Shown here piece by piece: positions 28,583 to 38,452 of a stretch of 64,000 nt of DNA; positions within the stretch are counted from its first letter, which is position 1; every line of letters begins with the position of its first letter. Origin of the DNA: a virus. A program made the translations under genes and the position numbers. The notes beneath the pieces were generated by a model, which saw only the letters and a program-made list of their open reading frames with translations, was not told the origin of the DNA and made no database searches. The stretch lies in IMG/VR virus record IMGVR_UViG_3300025087_000641, positions 41,405-105,404 of that record, one strand, 5' to 3'.

Positions 28583-29482
28583 TCACGGTATTACCTGATA
28601 TGTCGTTCTGACAAATCTATCAATCTTTTGTTTGATGTCTGTCGCAAGTCCCTGCGGAATCTCAATTGTCCCCAGTTGGACGAATGCCGTCTTGTTACTA
28701 TACGGGACATCTTTTTGCCCAAATAACCATCCCGTCAGTCGCCTCGTAGCCCATTCAATATCCGCCTCTGGCGCAAACCTAGCGATGCTTGCCCCGCTTC
28801 CATGATTGGCGGCAGTTGTGCCATTCATGTATCCATGTACTACTACCGAGGCGTTCCCGGATGTCCCACCACCCAATGCCTGAAAATATTCATCCCCTAT
28901 CTTCAAGAGGTCGCCAGGAGCGATTCTCGGATGTTCACCCCAGACATCACTTGCTCCCGCACCAACAGACCCCGCGCCCGCGAGTCCAAGAGTTGTCCCA
29001 CTTGCGGAGTAAGCATCATTGAGACTCGCACCTGTATCTACCCACGCATTTGCCCAATCCTCGTGATACCCCCAAGTGCCAGTAACCTCGTTTGCGCGCT
29101 GAACTGTCCCAGAGAAATTCAACACACTTCCCGAACTATCGTCAAGAACAATAGTATCGTATGGCGGCCTGTTCCAATTGTCGCCAGTTGACAACCACAT
29201 CACGCCACTGCCGACAGTACACGCCCCATTTTGTGTCGCAAGGGTTGTTAGTTCTAGCAAGTCGTCGTCAAGAGAAACCTTCCCAGAGTCCTTATAATTG
29301 TAGCGTCTCAACTCGTTACGCGGATAAAACTTGCGACGAGCATAACGATCTATTGAACGCGAAGCACGCCCAATGAAATTCATCAGTGTGGCGTCATCAG
29401 CAGTATTCCCGGACGCGGCGGCAGAATTTAGACCAAGATAGTCTCTAACTCTAGCCAAATTTGTATAAGTGTTGGTGGTCAT
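28583..29482 (-). CDS. Head-tail adaptor (gp6/gp15-like) with inserted domain
   Basis: YTNLARVRDYLG..DDATL..I.RASRSIDRY..R.F; VTGTWGY; ADIEWAT. Confidence 0.8.
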   Translation of the reverse strand: MTTNTYTNLARVRDYLGLNSAAASGNTADDATLMNFIGRASRSIDRYARRKFYPRNELRRYNYKDSGKVSLDDDLLELTTLATQNGACTVGSGVMWLSTGDNWNRPPYDTIVLDDSSGSVLNFSGTVQRANEVTGTWGYHEDWANAWVDTGASLNDAYSASGTTLGLAGAGSVGAGASDVWGEHPRIAPGDLLKIGDEYFQALGGGTSGNASVVVHGYMNGTTAANHGSGASIARFAPEADIEWATRRLTGWLFGQKDVPYSNKTAFVQLGTIEIPQGLATDIKQKIDRFVRTTYQVIP

Positions 29483-29499
29483 TTATCTTTTATGGAAAT

Positions 29500-30918
29500 C
29501 TAGTAGATTGTGACTATTGCTGTCGGGTCTATATTGGCTGATGCGGAATCCAGAAAATTGCAGTTGAAAAGTTGTACATTTGAGGCTGCTGATTGAGCCT
29601 GAAAAGAACTACCGCTACTTGTTAACTCAACGTGGAGTCCCATAATGGTTGTACGATTTGACCTATTAATAAGAATACCACCATTAGACGATGTTGAACT
29701 GGTATAAACTAATCCCCCAAGAATAGTCGTTGAATTTGGATATGGTACATCTCCTGCTGTAATTCGTATCCCGTGCTGACACTTTTCCGTATGAATGCCA
29801 TTAAGAACTATGCTATAGGCATATTGCGAAACATCAAATCCCTTATCACAGGTATCGGCAATACAACCATTATAAACTGCCCCAGCCTCATGTATTGCAA
29901 ATCCAATACCAGATGATCCGACGGGAGATGCACCCTGAACAATACAATTGTTATAGCGATTTGCCACCCCATAATTAATAAACCCAAATGATGGAGGCCG
30001 GAAAACGCGCACTTGTTCAAATACATTTTGGTTATTCCCAGTCTCTCCACGAACTCCTGTATCAGTTATCCCGTCAATATTTATATTCTCAAAGCGACAG
30101 AAGGCCATATCCTCAAAGTGAAGGCCATATTGTGCATTGGCAACGCCACGGATGGTCAAATTGCAAATCTCAATATTTCTCTGAATGCTAGTTAGTCCAA
30201 TGGGAATGCAAGGCGCGGACGATGCCAATGAAAAACTCAGGATTGTGGTTTCCTTGCCAGCCCCCGCAAGAATAATACTGGGATAGTCGGTATTCAACGG
30301 GAATGTTAATGATGATGTGATTCTATATGTTCCCGGAGGAATAGCAACGATACCACCATTCTCTGCCATATTGATGGCAAGTTGAATGGCGGCTGTATCA
30401 TCGGCGGCCCCATCGCCAATGGCCCCATAATCGGTAACATTATAGAAAAATGATCTTGTCATATTCCCTATTTCTTGATATTCAACATTGAATGTAAATT
30501 CCCATCCAACCCACGCAATACCATCATGCTCAATGTCTGTCCTATATTTTGCACTAGATAATTCTAGCAACAGAACTCTTGGCAAATCCCTTGATATTTC
30601 TGCGATAGTATTTCTGTCTTGAAACTTGTTTCTCCACCGTTCCCCAAATGGGATTGCCAAAGACTCTATCTTTGATAATTTCCCGCCGTATGCTTCTCTT
30701 GGGCAGACAAGCAAATAACTCGTGATTTCCGCAAAGTTTTTCCACTCATTGTTGAATGCTATTTGGCGACATAGGAAATGCGGCGATAGATGCAAAACTC
30801 CCGGAACATTTGGCTTACCGCCCGGATTCTGTGCCCCGAGATATGAGTAGTTGACACCCTGAATGCTTCTCTCGTGTGTCGCTATTTTATCAATGATGTC
30901 TATTTCACTGAATGACAT
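29500..30918 (-). CDS. Tail-terminator-like domain fused to a pectate-lyase-like beta-helix
   Basis: First ~150 aa align with 27869-28333; then YNVTDYGAIGDGAADDTAAIQLAI..IPPGTYRI and a parallel beta-helix. Confidence 0.8.
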   Translation of the reverse strand: MSFSEIDIIDKIATHERSIQGVNYSYLGAQNPGGKPNVPGVLHLSPHFLCRQIAFNNEWKNFAEITSYLLVCPREAYGGKLSKIESLAIPFGERWRNKFQDRNTIAEISRDLPRVLLLELSSAKYRTDIEHDGIAWVGWEFTFNVEYQEIGNMTRSFFYNVTDYGAIGDGAADDTAAIQLAINMAENGGIVAIPPGTYRITSSLTFPLNTDYPSIILAGAGKETTILSFSLASSAPCIPIGLTSIQRNIEICNLTIRGVANAQYGLHFEDMAFCRFENINIDGITDTGVRGETGNNQNVFEQVRVFRPPSFGFINYGVANRYNNCIVQGASPVGSSGIGFAIHEAGAVYNGCIADTCDKGFDVSQYAYSIVLNGIHTEKCQHGIRITAGDVPYPNSTTILGGLVYTSSTSSNGGILINRSNRTTIMGLHVELTSSGSSFQAQSAASNVQLFNCNFLDSASANIDPTAIVTIY

Positions 30919-30963
30919 ATATATGAATTACACAAAGAACTTATCCATCGCATGAATATCTTG

Positions 30964-31731
30964 TCAGATTGTAGCCATCTTAGCAACCTCGCTAGATGTA
31001 GCCGCACGATTGAGACAGAGCCAATGCATCAATGGGCCATCCCAGACAAGCGTGGGCGTAGTGATATTTGCACCGATAAGAGTCTGAGTAGCCGACAATG
31101 CCCCTGCCCAAGTGGCAAGTGTGGCAGACGTTCCTATAGAAGCACCATTGATATAGGCAGCAACAATATCTCCCGACACACTCCAAGTAATTGCAGTATG
31201 TAGCCAAGTCGTAACCGCAAAACTGGTTGTGGTGATTTGTTCTGAAACATTGTTGGCTTTGTAAATAAGGCTAAGTTGATTATTGGTCGCCGTTTTTTCA
31301 ATCAAAATAAGATTTTGAAGGTCAGTGCGAAGTTGCATTGCAAAATGACGCAACCCATCTGTCCATATTCCCGCTGCTGATACTCTTAGCCATCCGCCCA
31401 TTGTCCCCTCGGACGGATTGAACGCCGTTCTGAATCCCGCTGGCGGCTGCATGAAGTCATTTGCGCCGTCATACAGTGGGCAGGTCAGACCATCCCCGAT
31501 ACCTTCTTGTCCCAATGTTACGCCAGTATAGACTCCATTGTATCCATTGCCAGAATAATCCACTGCGACTGTTCCCGCCTCTTCGCTTCCGGGCCAATAG
31601 CCAATAAGCGAAGTTCCGAACATGGAAATGATTTTCTGGAGATGTGATTGGCGTGCAACGCCACCCCCAACGGATAGTTGTGATATTCCTCGCCTGATAC
31701 GCCACTCCTCACGGAATTGTCCGATTGGCAT
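30964..31731 (-). CDS. LamG/concanavalin-A-like lectin domain protein
   Basis: LIGYWP..E..G..AVDYSGNGYNG, WLHTAITW..AYING, NRAATSSEV. Confidence 0.85.
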   Translation of the reverse strand: MPIGQFREEWRIRRGISQLSVGGGVARQSHLQKIISMFGTSLIGYWPGSEEAGTVAVDYSGNGYNGVYTGVTLGQEGIGDGLTCPLYDGANDFMQPPAGFRTAFNPSEGTMGGWLRVSAAGIWTDGLRHFAMQLRTDLQNLILIEKTATNNQLSLIYKANNVSEQITTTSFAVTTWLHTAITWSVSGDIVAAYINGASIGTSATLATWAGALSATQTLIGANITTPTLVWDGPLMHWLCLNRAATSSEVAKMATI

Positions 31732-31749
31732 TAGTTCAATCCACCACTA

Positions 31750-32106
31750 CTAATACAGCGGCACTCTACGCCAGCAAACCCAGTTGTAACTTGCGTTGAA
31801 TGCGCTCGGCGCGTCTGTCCCATTCGCCCGCGCCACAACCAATAGACTTGCATTGCCGACTCTCTGTGGCGGCAAGTCAATTGTGCTGAGACTTGGATAT
31901 ATCTTGTAGCCTAGAGTCTGTGATACCTGCCCAGTTGGGCCAAGAAAAAACTCATTGGCACTGGCGCTAACTTGAATATGAACCACATCGTCATTATTCA
32001 GTAGCGATAGACCAGAGTATGTTCCGAAAAACGTCTGCACAGCACTTGAATTCGTGGCGTTTATACTTGCACTATAGAACTCGTATCGGGTGTCTCCATA
32101 ACTCAT
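31750..32106 (-). CDS. Virion accessory protein, paralogue of 36589-36930
   Basis: Shared GLSLLN..DVV..Q and DLPP.RVG.AS.L motifs; RBS AGGAG. Confidence 0.65.
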   Translation of the reverse strand: MSYGDTRYEFYSASINATNSSAVQTFFGTYSGLSLLNNDDVVHIQVSASANEFFLGPTGQVSQTLGYKIYPSLSTIDLPPQRVGNASLLVVARANGTDAPSAFNASYNWVCWRRVPLY

Positions 32107-32181
32107 CGTAAGACTCCTTACATTGCCAATTTCTTGTGAAAGATTATGGCAAAACATTTACACTGCATTATACAAATTTGA

Positions 32182-33165
32182 CTAATGCCTCGTTCTCCAG
32201 TTGCGAGATTGATGTCCAAGTTGTTCTCTCCAACGCAATCTCCTCAAAACAACTACCGTTCCAAGATTCGGCGCGGCGGGGAATATAATATCTACAACTT
32301 CCCATCCCTCATCGCTATCAATTGAATCTGGGAATATTGTCTGTATAATTTGTTGTAGTCCGCCCCACGCCTCATCACTCCCAAAACTTGACGGAGTGAT
32401 AATATAAATGACATTGGGGGATGGGAACCCCTCATTTGTCCCGATTGAACTTGGGAAGATAATATAGTTGACATTGGGTACTCCCCAAGCCTCGTTGCTC
32501 CCCGTTGTGTCTGGGAAGACAGTGTAGTTGAGTTGCGGGCTTCCGAATGCCTCATTGCTCCCAATAGAATTTGCAAGGAGAATGAAGTTGACTAATGGAC
32601 TCGGCCATCCCTCATCACCGCCCCAACTATCGGGAGAGATAGTCTGTGCGCCTGCACCCGCAACAGTCAAACTCCCCCATGCCTCATCGCTCCCAAATGA
32701 ATTTGGGAAGACGATGAAGTTTACTTGATGTGTTCCCCACGCCTCATTGCTACCGAATGAGCTTGGGGAAATAATCTGTATGACACTTGGCTGTGACCAT
32801 CCCTCATCGCTCCCAACCGAACTTGGGAGTATGTAGAACATCAGGGTTGATGTTCCGAATGCCTCATTACTGCCAATAGAACTTGGCAGGAGAATGAAGT
32901 TGACTTGTGGACTTTGCCAACCCTCATCGCTTCCAAAACTTCCGGGAGCGATGATATGTGCAATTATTAATGTGCCAAACGCCTCATTACTCCCAACCGA
33001 ACTTGGGAAGAGGGTGAAATTTAACTGACTTGTTCCCCATGCCTCATCACTCCCAATGCTACTGGGGGATATTGTTTGATCGCCAGTTGGTGCAACGGGT
33101 ACAACAGCATTGACATCTCGGTGTACCTGCCGTGGCGATAGTGGGCGATAGACCCAACGAGGCAT
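32182..33165 (-). CDS. Protein with 13 tandem ~20-aa repeats
   Basis: Consensus xPSS(I/F)GS(D/N)E(A/G)(W/F)GxPxVN(F/Y)II. Confidence 0.8.
   Translation of the reverse strand: MPRWVYRPLSPRQVHRDVNAVVPVAPTGDQTISPSSIGSDEAWGTSQLNFTLFPSSVGSNEAFGTLIIAHIIAPGSFGSDEGWQSPQVNFILLPSSIGSNEAFGTSTLMFYILPSSVGSDEGWSQPSVIQIISPSSFGSNEAWGTHQVNFIVFPNSFGSDEAWGSLTVAGAGAQTISPDSWGGDEGWPSPLVNFILLANSIGSNEAFGSPQLNYTVFPDTTGSNEAWGVPNVNYIIFPSSIGTNEGFPSPNVIYIITPSSFGSDEAWGGLQQIIQTIFPDSIDSDEGWEVVDIIFPAAPNLGTVVVLRRLRWREQLGHQSRNWRTRH
32290..33070 (-). repeat. Degenerate ~60-bp coding tandem repeat
   Basis: Recurring (g/c)cctcat(c/t)(g/a)ct(c/a)cc on the + strand at ~60-bp spacing. Confidence 0.8.
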
Positions 33166-33166
33166 G

Positions 33167-33637
33167 TCATGTCATCTCACGATAAATAATGTGTCCACTC
33201 CACGTATTAGCAGCAGGCGAGGCCGTAAATTGGAATGTGTAGAAATTCGTTGGCGCGAGAACTGGCCTCTCCTCTGGAACCGGCACATAAAGCAATCCAT
33301 TCAGAACATTGAAGTTCCAGCGCATAATAGATGCACCAAAAGACCCAGTGCCGGTTGCAATCCCAATGGCATTTGTAATAGATGTCCCTGCCAGCAATGT
33401 TCCCGGATCATTTGGATTCAGTGGGACTCTCTCTGCAACATTCGGCAGTGTAGAGTTAGTTGTCCTACGGGTCAGTTCAAGCGTTTCCATCTGGGAGGTT
33501 GTGCTATCCTCCTCCCCAATCTCTACGCGGAGGAGTTCAATAGCCGTGGCGGATGGAGTGGCTATTTGAATCCACGGCGTTAGCCCAATCCCAGAAGCGC
33601 TTTTGACAATATAAGAGTATGTTCTTCCAGTTGCCAT
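33167..33637 (-). CDS. Hypothetical virion protein (beta-rich)
   Basis: Coupled within the structural operon. Confidence 0.6.
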   Translation of the reverse strand: MATGRTYSYIVKSASGIGLTPWIQIATPSATAIELLRVEIGEEDSTTSQMETLELTRRTTNSTLPNVAERVPLNPNDPGTLLAGTSITNAIGIATGTGSFGASIMRWNFNVLNGLLYVPVPEERPVLAPTNFYTFQFTASPAANTWSGHIIYREMT

Positions 33638-33643
33638 ATTTGC

Positions 33644-35239
33644 CTACATTCTTGCAATGGTTGAGTAACTTGTTTTAAGAATACGAGATGCAGGAACGGG
33701 CGGGAATGTACTTGTTCCAGCAACCGTCCATGTGGCTATTAGGTCAGCCGCATTCGCCGCGTTATCTGTATAATCAGCCCAGTTCCACCAGGCCGAAACT
33801 GCCGCACTCCCATTTATGCATGTTACCCCGATGTCGCCCGAAAATCCTGCCCGATTGACAACAATCTGCATAGGCGTTACAAGTGATGGGCTAGTATGTG
33901 TGGTGGCATCTGCCCAACTATTGTCACTAACTGGACTTCCCGTGCGCGCATGATGGGCACTAATGCGGTGAACATCGGCATTGAGAAAGTCTGTCGGCGT
34001 ATCTATATTGAAAAAGTCCCATGCCAAAGTGTGTCCAGCATCAAAATCTGTTGACTGTTGCACGAGTGTAACAGTGGACGTGTTAATGGTTGCGCCTTGC
34101 GGAATGGCCGTCGAGCGCCAAATCCAACCACCATCCATGTTATTAATGGGTGTAGCCAAGTCACAGCCAATGTAGAAAGTTCCAAACGTTGCTTGAGACG
34201 GAAGAACCATCTCATCGTTATCCTCATTTGTAGAGCCACTCGCCCCGTCCTCGTTAGTCTCTGCAACCGTGAAAGTCGGGTCAAACACAATCGGCCCGGC
34301 GACCATTGAATTTAGGTCTGGTACGAGCGCACCGACAAGCAGATATGTATTACCGTCTGGGTCGCGCCAGACACGCTTGCGAAGCGTGCGCCAATCGCGG
34401 ACATTGGTATGCAGGCCGATTGTATAGGCTTGGCTGTAAGCCTGTGAAATCGGCAAGAATCCGAGCAACCGATTTAGCGAGTCTTCAATGCGGATGGATG
34501 TGCCATCGGAGTCATCAAAATCGCCAGTGATGTCTTGTTGAATTGCGCCCTTGACCCAACGCGAGATGTCGCTTGCGTCAAGTCTGAAAACAAATCCAAA
34601 GTATGTCTCATTAGCAGGCGTTGAGGGTGGTGCATTGGCAACAATCCACTCCCGCGCTGCCTGACTGACAACAATCTCCTCTTTCATGTCACGCCCCGCG
34701 ATACGCCAACGGATGTCAATGGGGCGCGTCGTTCCCCCTCCCAATGCCCAAATGCGATTCCATGTTGCCAATGCCGATAGTGGATATACGATTTGTGTTC
34801 CACTTGGGCCTATAGTTTTAGTTTGAGAAACCTGCGTTAGTCGTCCGCCTGTCCGCACATAGGCGGGCAATCCGCCAATATCCTGCCAATCGCGTGTCGG
34901 CCAATGTAGATAGCCAACACGAGTCAAGCGTGAGCGCAACCAATTCTGCCCACGTCGTCCACCAAACCCAACTACACCATCCAACCCCGCCAGCACGCCA
35001 CTTCCGGGAATACCGAGTGCATAATGCCATCCATTTTGCGTAACAAGCCATCCATCAAGTTGTGCATTGTTTATACGTGTTGGCAATGCCGCAATCTCGC
35101 CATCATATATTCCAGAATCAAGCGCGGTTTCATAATGCAGGCGCGCAATGCTGGCATGTGTGTGAAATAGTCCTGTTGCATCATCGCGCCATGTCTTTGA
35201 ACCTCTCCCCCGAAGAGTCTGTTGTTCAACCCACGCCAT
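33644..35239 (-). CDS. Virion accessory protein with possible DNRLRE/CBM-like C-terminal domain
   Basis: PIVFDPT junction followed by W..TAIPQGATINTSTVTL. Confidence 0.5.
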   Translation of the reverse strand: MAWVEQQTLRGRGSKTWRDDATGLFHTHASIARLHYETALDSGIYDGEIAALPTRINNAQLDGWLVTQNGWHYALGIPGSGVLAGLDGVVGFGGRRGQNWLRSRLTRVGYLHWPTRDWQDIGGLPAYVRTGGRLTQVSQTKTIGPSGTQIVYPLSALATWNRIWALGGGTTRPIDIRWRIAGRDMKEEIVVSQAAREWIVANAPPSTPANETYFGFVFRLDASDISRWVKGAIQQDITGDFDDSDGTSIRIEDSLNRLLGFLPISQAYSQAYTIGLHTNVRDWRTLRKRVWRDPDGNTYLLVGALVPDLNSMVAGPIVFDPTFTVAETNEDGASGSTNEDNDEMVLPSQATFGTFYIGCDLATPINNMDGGWIWRSTAIPQGATINTSTVTLVQQSTDFDAGHTLAWDFFNIDTPTDFLNADVHRISAHHARTGSPVSDNSWADATTHTSPSLVTPMQIVVNRAGFSGDIGVTCINGSAAVSAWWNWADYTDNAANAADLIATWTVAGTSTFPPVPASRILKTSYSTIARM

Positions 35240-35241
35240 GA

Positions 35242-35556
35242 CTATCGCCTATCAAAATACACCACGACTTGTTTCCACAACTTCTTTATTTGCCCCCCCA
35301 TGCCAATTACTGCCTCATCAGATTCAATGGACTCTGCCTCAACGATGATGGGCGCGGGGAGAGTGGGCGCTACGGCGTTTTCTATGGCCGCCTTAGCCTC
35401 TGCAATCCTTCGTTCTGCATCTGCTTCCACACTTCTTCGGTTACGCCACTGTTGAACAACTTTTATTTGGCCCTTCGTGGCGTAGAATTGGTCATACAAT
35501 TTCGCAGAATACAGATTCAATTCCTCAAGCGTCATTTCCTCAATGGGTTTATCCAT
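35242..35556 (-). CDS. Hypothetical coiled-coil protein
   Basis: Coupled ORF in the structural operon. Confidence 0.6.
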   Translation of the reverse strand: MDKPIEEMTLEELNLYSAKLYDQFYATKGQIKVVQQWRNRRSVEADAERRIAEAKAAIENAVAPTLPAPIIVEAESIESDEAVIGMGGQIKKLWKQVVVYFDRR

Positions 35557-35571
35557 ATCAATTCCCTTCTC

Positions 35572-36003
35572 TTAGAGCATGAAAATTCTGCTTGCCCCTG
35601 CCGACCATTGAACCGTGATGTCACCACCGTTGGGCGAGGCCGGAATCCCGGTTGCCGTGTCAATCCACCCAATGAGCCTAGCTGTGCTTGGTGATCCAGT
35701 GTCCTGATAGATAACAATAGCACCAATGGCTGAGTTGGCTACAGCAGATACGGCAGATGCAGTATGGTCGTCAGCATCAGCGACTCCAGATGCAACGGTC
35801 TTGCCACCCAATGCAGTTTCCGACATCCGTATTCTTGCGGAGTCTGGAATCTGAGTCAGGAATGTAATGTCAGTTACCGCATTATATCCGTTAGTGCCCC
35901 CAGCCCCTCTTGAGATGAAGACAAGTCTTATCGTGTCCGTATCCCAATCCAGAGTCCCGTCCAAGAAACCTTGTCTACCCGACATAAATAAGGTATTTGC
36001 CAT
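35572..36003 (-). CDS. Conserved phage structural protein
   Basis: DWDTDTI..GVADADD..IVIYQDTG..LIGWID..PNGGDITVQW motif set seen in many phage structural modules. Confidence 0.7.
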   Translation of the reverse strand: MANTLFMSGRQGFLDGTLDWDTDTIRLVFISRGAGGTNGYNAVTDITFLTQIPDSARIRMSETALGGKTVASGVADADDHTASAVSAVANSAIGAIVIYQDTGSPSTARLIGWIDTATGIPASPNGGDITVQWSAGASRIFML

Positions 36004-36038
36004 TGACTTTTACCTCGCTAGATGGTACAATAGACTTT

Positions 36039-36584
36039 ATGAAAAAGAAAAGATGCGCTGGAATCTGCAAAATGGATTTGCCACTTTCTGAATTCCACAA
36101 GAACAGGGCAAGACATGATGGGCTTGATACTCGTTGTAAGTCCTGTAGTAGAAAACGTCGAGTTATTGTTTACCATCAGAATCCGGAGAAAGAAAAAAAG
36201 AAATCTGATGATTACCGTCGTTCCCATCTTGAACAATATCGCAAGTATTCTAGGAAAAGATACAAAACAGATAAATGGCAAGAGTACATGCGTAAATATG
36301 TGGCACAATGGCTTAAGACTGATAAGGGCAAAAAGAGCAATCGGGCCAAGCGCCGTCGCCGTCGTGAAAAAGAATGTTCGGCAAGTGGGCAATGCACAGA
36401 TATACAACTCCAGGCCCGCATTAATTATTATGGGGGGAGATGCTGGATATGTGAAAAGCCCTATGAAGCTATTGACCATGTAAAACCAATCTCTAAAGGT
36501 GGAGCGGGTTATCCTGTAAATCTTCGGCCAATTTGTAGAAGTTGTAATTCAAAGAAGGGTGACACTTGGCCGTTTTCTCCATGA
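36039..36584 (+). CDS. HNH endonuclease, antisense; probably leaderless
   Basis: KRC..C..LPLSEFHKN..C; CWIC..IDHVKPISKGG..NLRPICRSCNSKKG; promoter TTGACT-N17-TACAAT (36003-36031) ends 7 nt before the ATG. Confidence 0.88.
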   Translation: MKKKRCAGICKMDLPLSEFHKNRARHDGLDTRCKSCSRKRRVIVYHQNPEKEKKKSDDYRRSHLEQYRKYSRKRYKTDKWQEYMRKYVAQWLKTDKGKKSNRAKRRRRREKECSASGQCTDIQLQARINYYGGRCWICEKPYEAIDHVKPISKGGAGYPVNLRPICRSCNSKKGDTWPFSP

Positions 36585-36588
36585 TTCA

Positions 36589-36930
36589 TTACTTATTTGT
36601 TCCCGCCCACTGAGTCCAAATAGTCCAGTAAAGAGTCGTATTTGTTCCTGCATCGCGGGTAAAATGCAACGTACTCGCGCTTCCGACTCTCATTGGGGGC
36701 AAGTCAAATACACTGCCTGCATCAGAGAGTCGCAAGCCAGTACCATTAGTTACCGTTGAATTCCACACCCTTGCATCTGCGCCCGTCGGTACAATCTGGA
36801 CAAACACTACGTCTTGTTGATTCAGAAGACTCAATCCACCATTCGCGCCGAACAATGAATGCGCTGTGGCGGCACTGGTAGCCGTAGACCCAGATGCGAA
36901 AAGTTCAAAGTAGACACCACCGTAAGCCAC
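36589..36930 (-). CDS. Virion accessory protein, paralogue of 31750-32106
   Basis: See paralogue; GTG start. Confidence 0.65.
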   Translation of the reverse strand: MAYGGVYFELFASGSTATSAATAHSLFGANGGLSLLNQQDVVFVQIVPTGADARVWNSTVTNGTGLRLSDAGSVFDLPPMRVGSASTLHFTRDAGTNTTLYWTIWTQWAGTNK

Positions 36931-36949
36931 TCAATTGCCTCTCAATCCA

Positions 36950-36991
36950 AAAGAAAAGGGCGGGCGGCTTGGGACGCCATACCCGCCCTTT
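36950..36991 (-). terminator. Intrinsic terminator
   Basis: 10-bp stem AAAGGGCGGG/CCCGCCCTTT followed by a T-rich tract on the minus strand. Confidence 0.65.
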
Positions 36992-37021
36992 CATTTCCCG
37001 TGATTTTTGACTAACCCCGAA

Positions 37022-37501
37022 TTACCCCGGTGCGCCAGTTGAAGAACTTGCCGCAGTCTTCCACACACTCCCAGAAGTGCCATCAGAGTCATTCCAGTAC
37101 ATAGCACTCATACTTCCATCAGAACGCAAGAAGATTGACCCCGGCGATGCAGCATGAGTCGGGATATTCCGGCCTGTACCAACAGTTGGGGCACGAGTCC
37201 CATCCGTGATCCTGAAAGTTCCAGCATCGTTGGTAGTAACATTCACATTCATAGATGCGCCAACGGCAAGCAAGATTGCACCACCCGCAACTTGAGTCTG
37301 TGAGGCTTGCCCGAAAGTCACGCCACCGCTGAAGTTCAGAAGACCAGAAGCCGCGATATTCGCGCCACTGGGTAGGCTTAGATTCGCACCAGAGGCGATA
37401 GTCAACAATCCGCCAGCATCAACATTGATACTTCCACCACTGGCAACAGTTAGAACGCTTGCACCCTGTTCGCGGATAAGACGCCCACTATACGTTGTCA
37501 T
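37022..37501 (-). CDS. Head fibre/decoration-like protein
   Basis: VASGGSINVDAGG repeats; PTHAASPGSIFLRSDG..YWN..W motif. Confidence 0.62.
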   Translation of the reverse strand: MTTYSGRLIREQGASVLTVASGGSINVDAGGLLTIASGANLSLPSGANIAASGLLNFSGGVTFGQASQTQVAGGAILLAVGASMNVNVTTNDAGTFRITDGTRAPTVGTGRNIPTHAASPGSIFLRSDGSMSAMYWNDSDGTSGSVWKTAASSSTGAPG

Positions 37502-37521
37502 TTGTTTAGTCTCCTATCCGC

Positions 37522-37950
37522 CTAGCCACCCAACACATCGCTGTAGACCGTGACAGCCTTACGAGTGTCTTGGGTAATCGGGACATTGCGTGCACCCTGC
37601 AACATGAAGAGGACTGCCCCTCCACCCTGCGTTGTTCCGTCAAGGTCACGCACCAATCTGTACCAAGTGGCCGAAGAGTCAAGCGTGAACGAGCGCACAT
37701 AAGTAATGCCTGAACCAGAAGCACCAGACTGGATTTCGGGGAACGATGCACCGAAACCTGCAAATGTGCCATTGCTTGTCCCAGACCGTTGTACGCTGAG
37801 GCTGATTCCGCCGTCAATACTTCCCGCAGAAAATATGACGGTTGCGAAATCATACCCAGCGAAGTTCGACGCCCCGGTTGACCCACTTCCGTTGGGCAGG
37901 CCGCTAACTGCTGTCCAGATTTTTATTGCTGAACCGTTTAGATTATCCAT
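37522..37950 (-). CDS. Capsid decoration protein paralogue 2
   Basis: Shares GSTGASNFAG, RSGTS.GTF..FGAS, VRS.TLDSSA.WY and RNVPI.Q..SDVLGG with 37959-38384. Confidence 0.7.
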   Translation of the reverse strand: MDNLNGSAIKIWTAVSGLPNGSGSTGASNFAGYDFATVIFSAGSIDGGISLSVQRSGTSNGTFAGFGASFPEIQSGASGSGITYVRSFTLDSSATWYRLVRDLDGTTQGGGAVLFMLQGARNVPITQDTRKAVTVYSDVLGG

Positions 37951-37958
37951 TTTGTCTC

Positions 37959-38384
37959 CTACCCACCGAGAACGTCAGAGAAGACAGTCGTATTGCCATT
38001 CTGTCCAATTGGGACGTTGCGCCCGTCTTTCAGAACAACCTCGATTGCCGTTGCGCCGGTAGACCCGCCGTTGCTGTTGTTGTACGAGATCATGTACCAG
38101 CACGCGCTAGAGTCTAGAGTCCATGAGCGCACACGAGTCCCCTTGAGAACTAGGTTATTGTAGGAAATGGATGCGCCGAAACTAGAGAACGTACCATCGC
38201 TTGTCCCACTACGCAACATCTCCACGATAAAGCCAGCAGCACTTGGCGCACTAGAACCAATCACAATCAGTTCGCCAGTTTCAAAACCGGCAAAGTTAGA
38301 TGCGCCAGTTGACCCAGCGTAGTTGACGTTTGTGGGACTAAGCGCGTTGATATACTGAATTACAGAACCATTGCCACCGCGCAT
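37959..38384 (-). CDS. Capsid decoration protein paralogue 1
   Basis: Directly after the major capsid gene. Confidence 0.7.
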   Translation of the reverse strand: MRGGNGSVIQYINALSPTNVNYAGSTGASNFAGFETGELIVIGSSAPSAAGFIVEMLRSGTSDGTFSSFGASISYNNLVLKGTRVRSWTLDSSACWYMISYNNSNGGSTGATAIEVVLKDGRNVPIGQNGNTTVFSDVLGG

Positions 38385-38399
38385 TTTCTTTTACTCCTG

Positions 38400-38425
38400 G
38401 GGGAGGGCTAGAAATAGCCCTCCCC
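38400..38425. other. Perfect 11-bp hairpin between the capsid and decoration genes
   Basis: GGGGAGGGCTA-GAAA-TAGCCCTCCCC; on the minus strand followed by an RBS, not a U tract. Confidence 0.6.
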
Positions 38426-38452
38426 ATCGGTTTCGTTAGTTATTTTCCACTA

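Noticed and set aside
32290-33070. 60-bp periodic repeat as a CRISPR or guide array
   Set aside because: Repeats are degenerate at synonymous positions and lie in one open frame; it is a protein repeat.
37522-38384. DGR template/variable repeat
   Set aside because: Paralogues diverge throughout, not specifically at adenines; no reverse transcriptase in the window.
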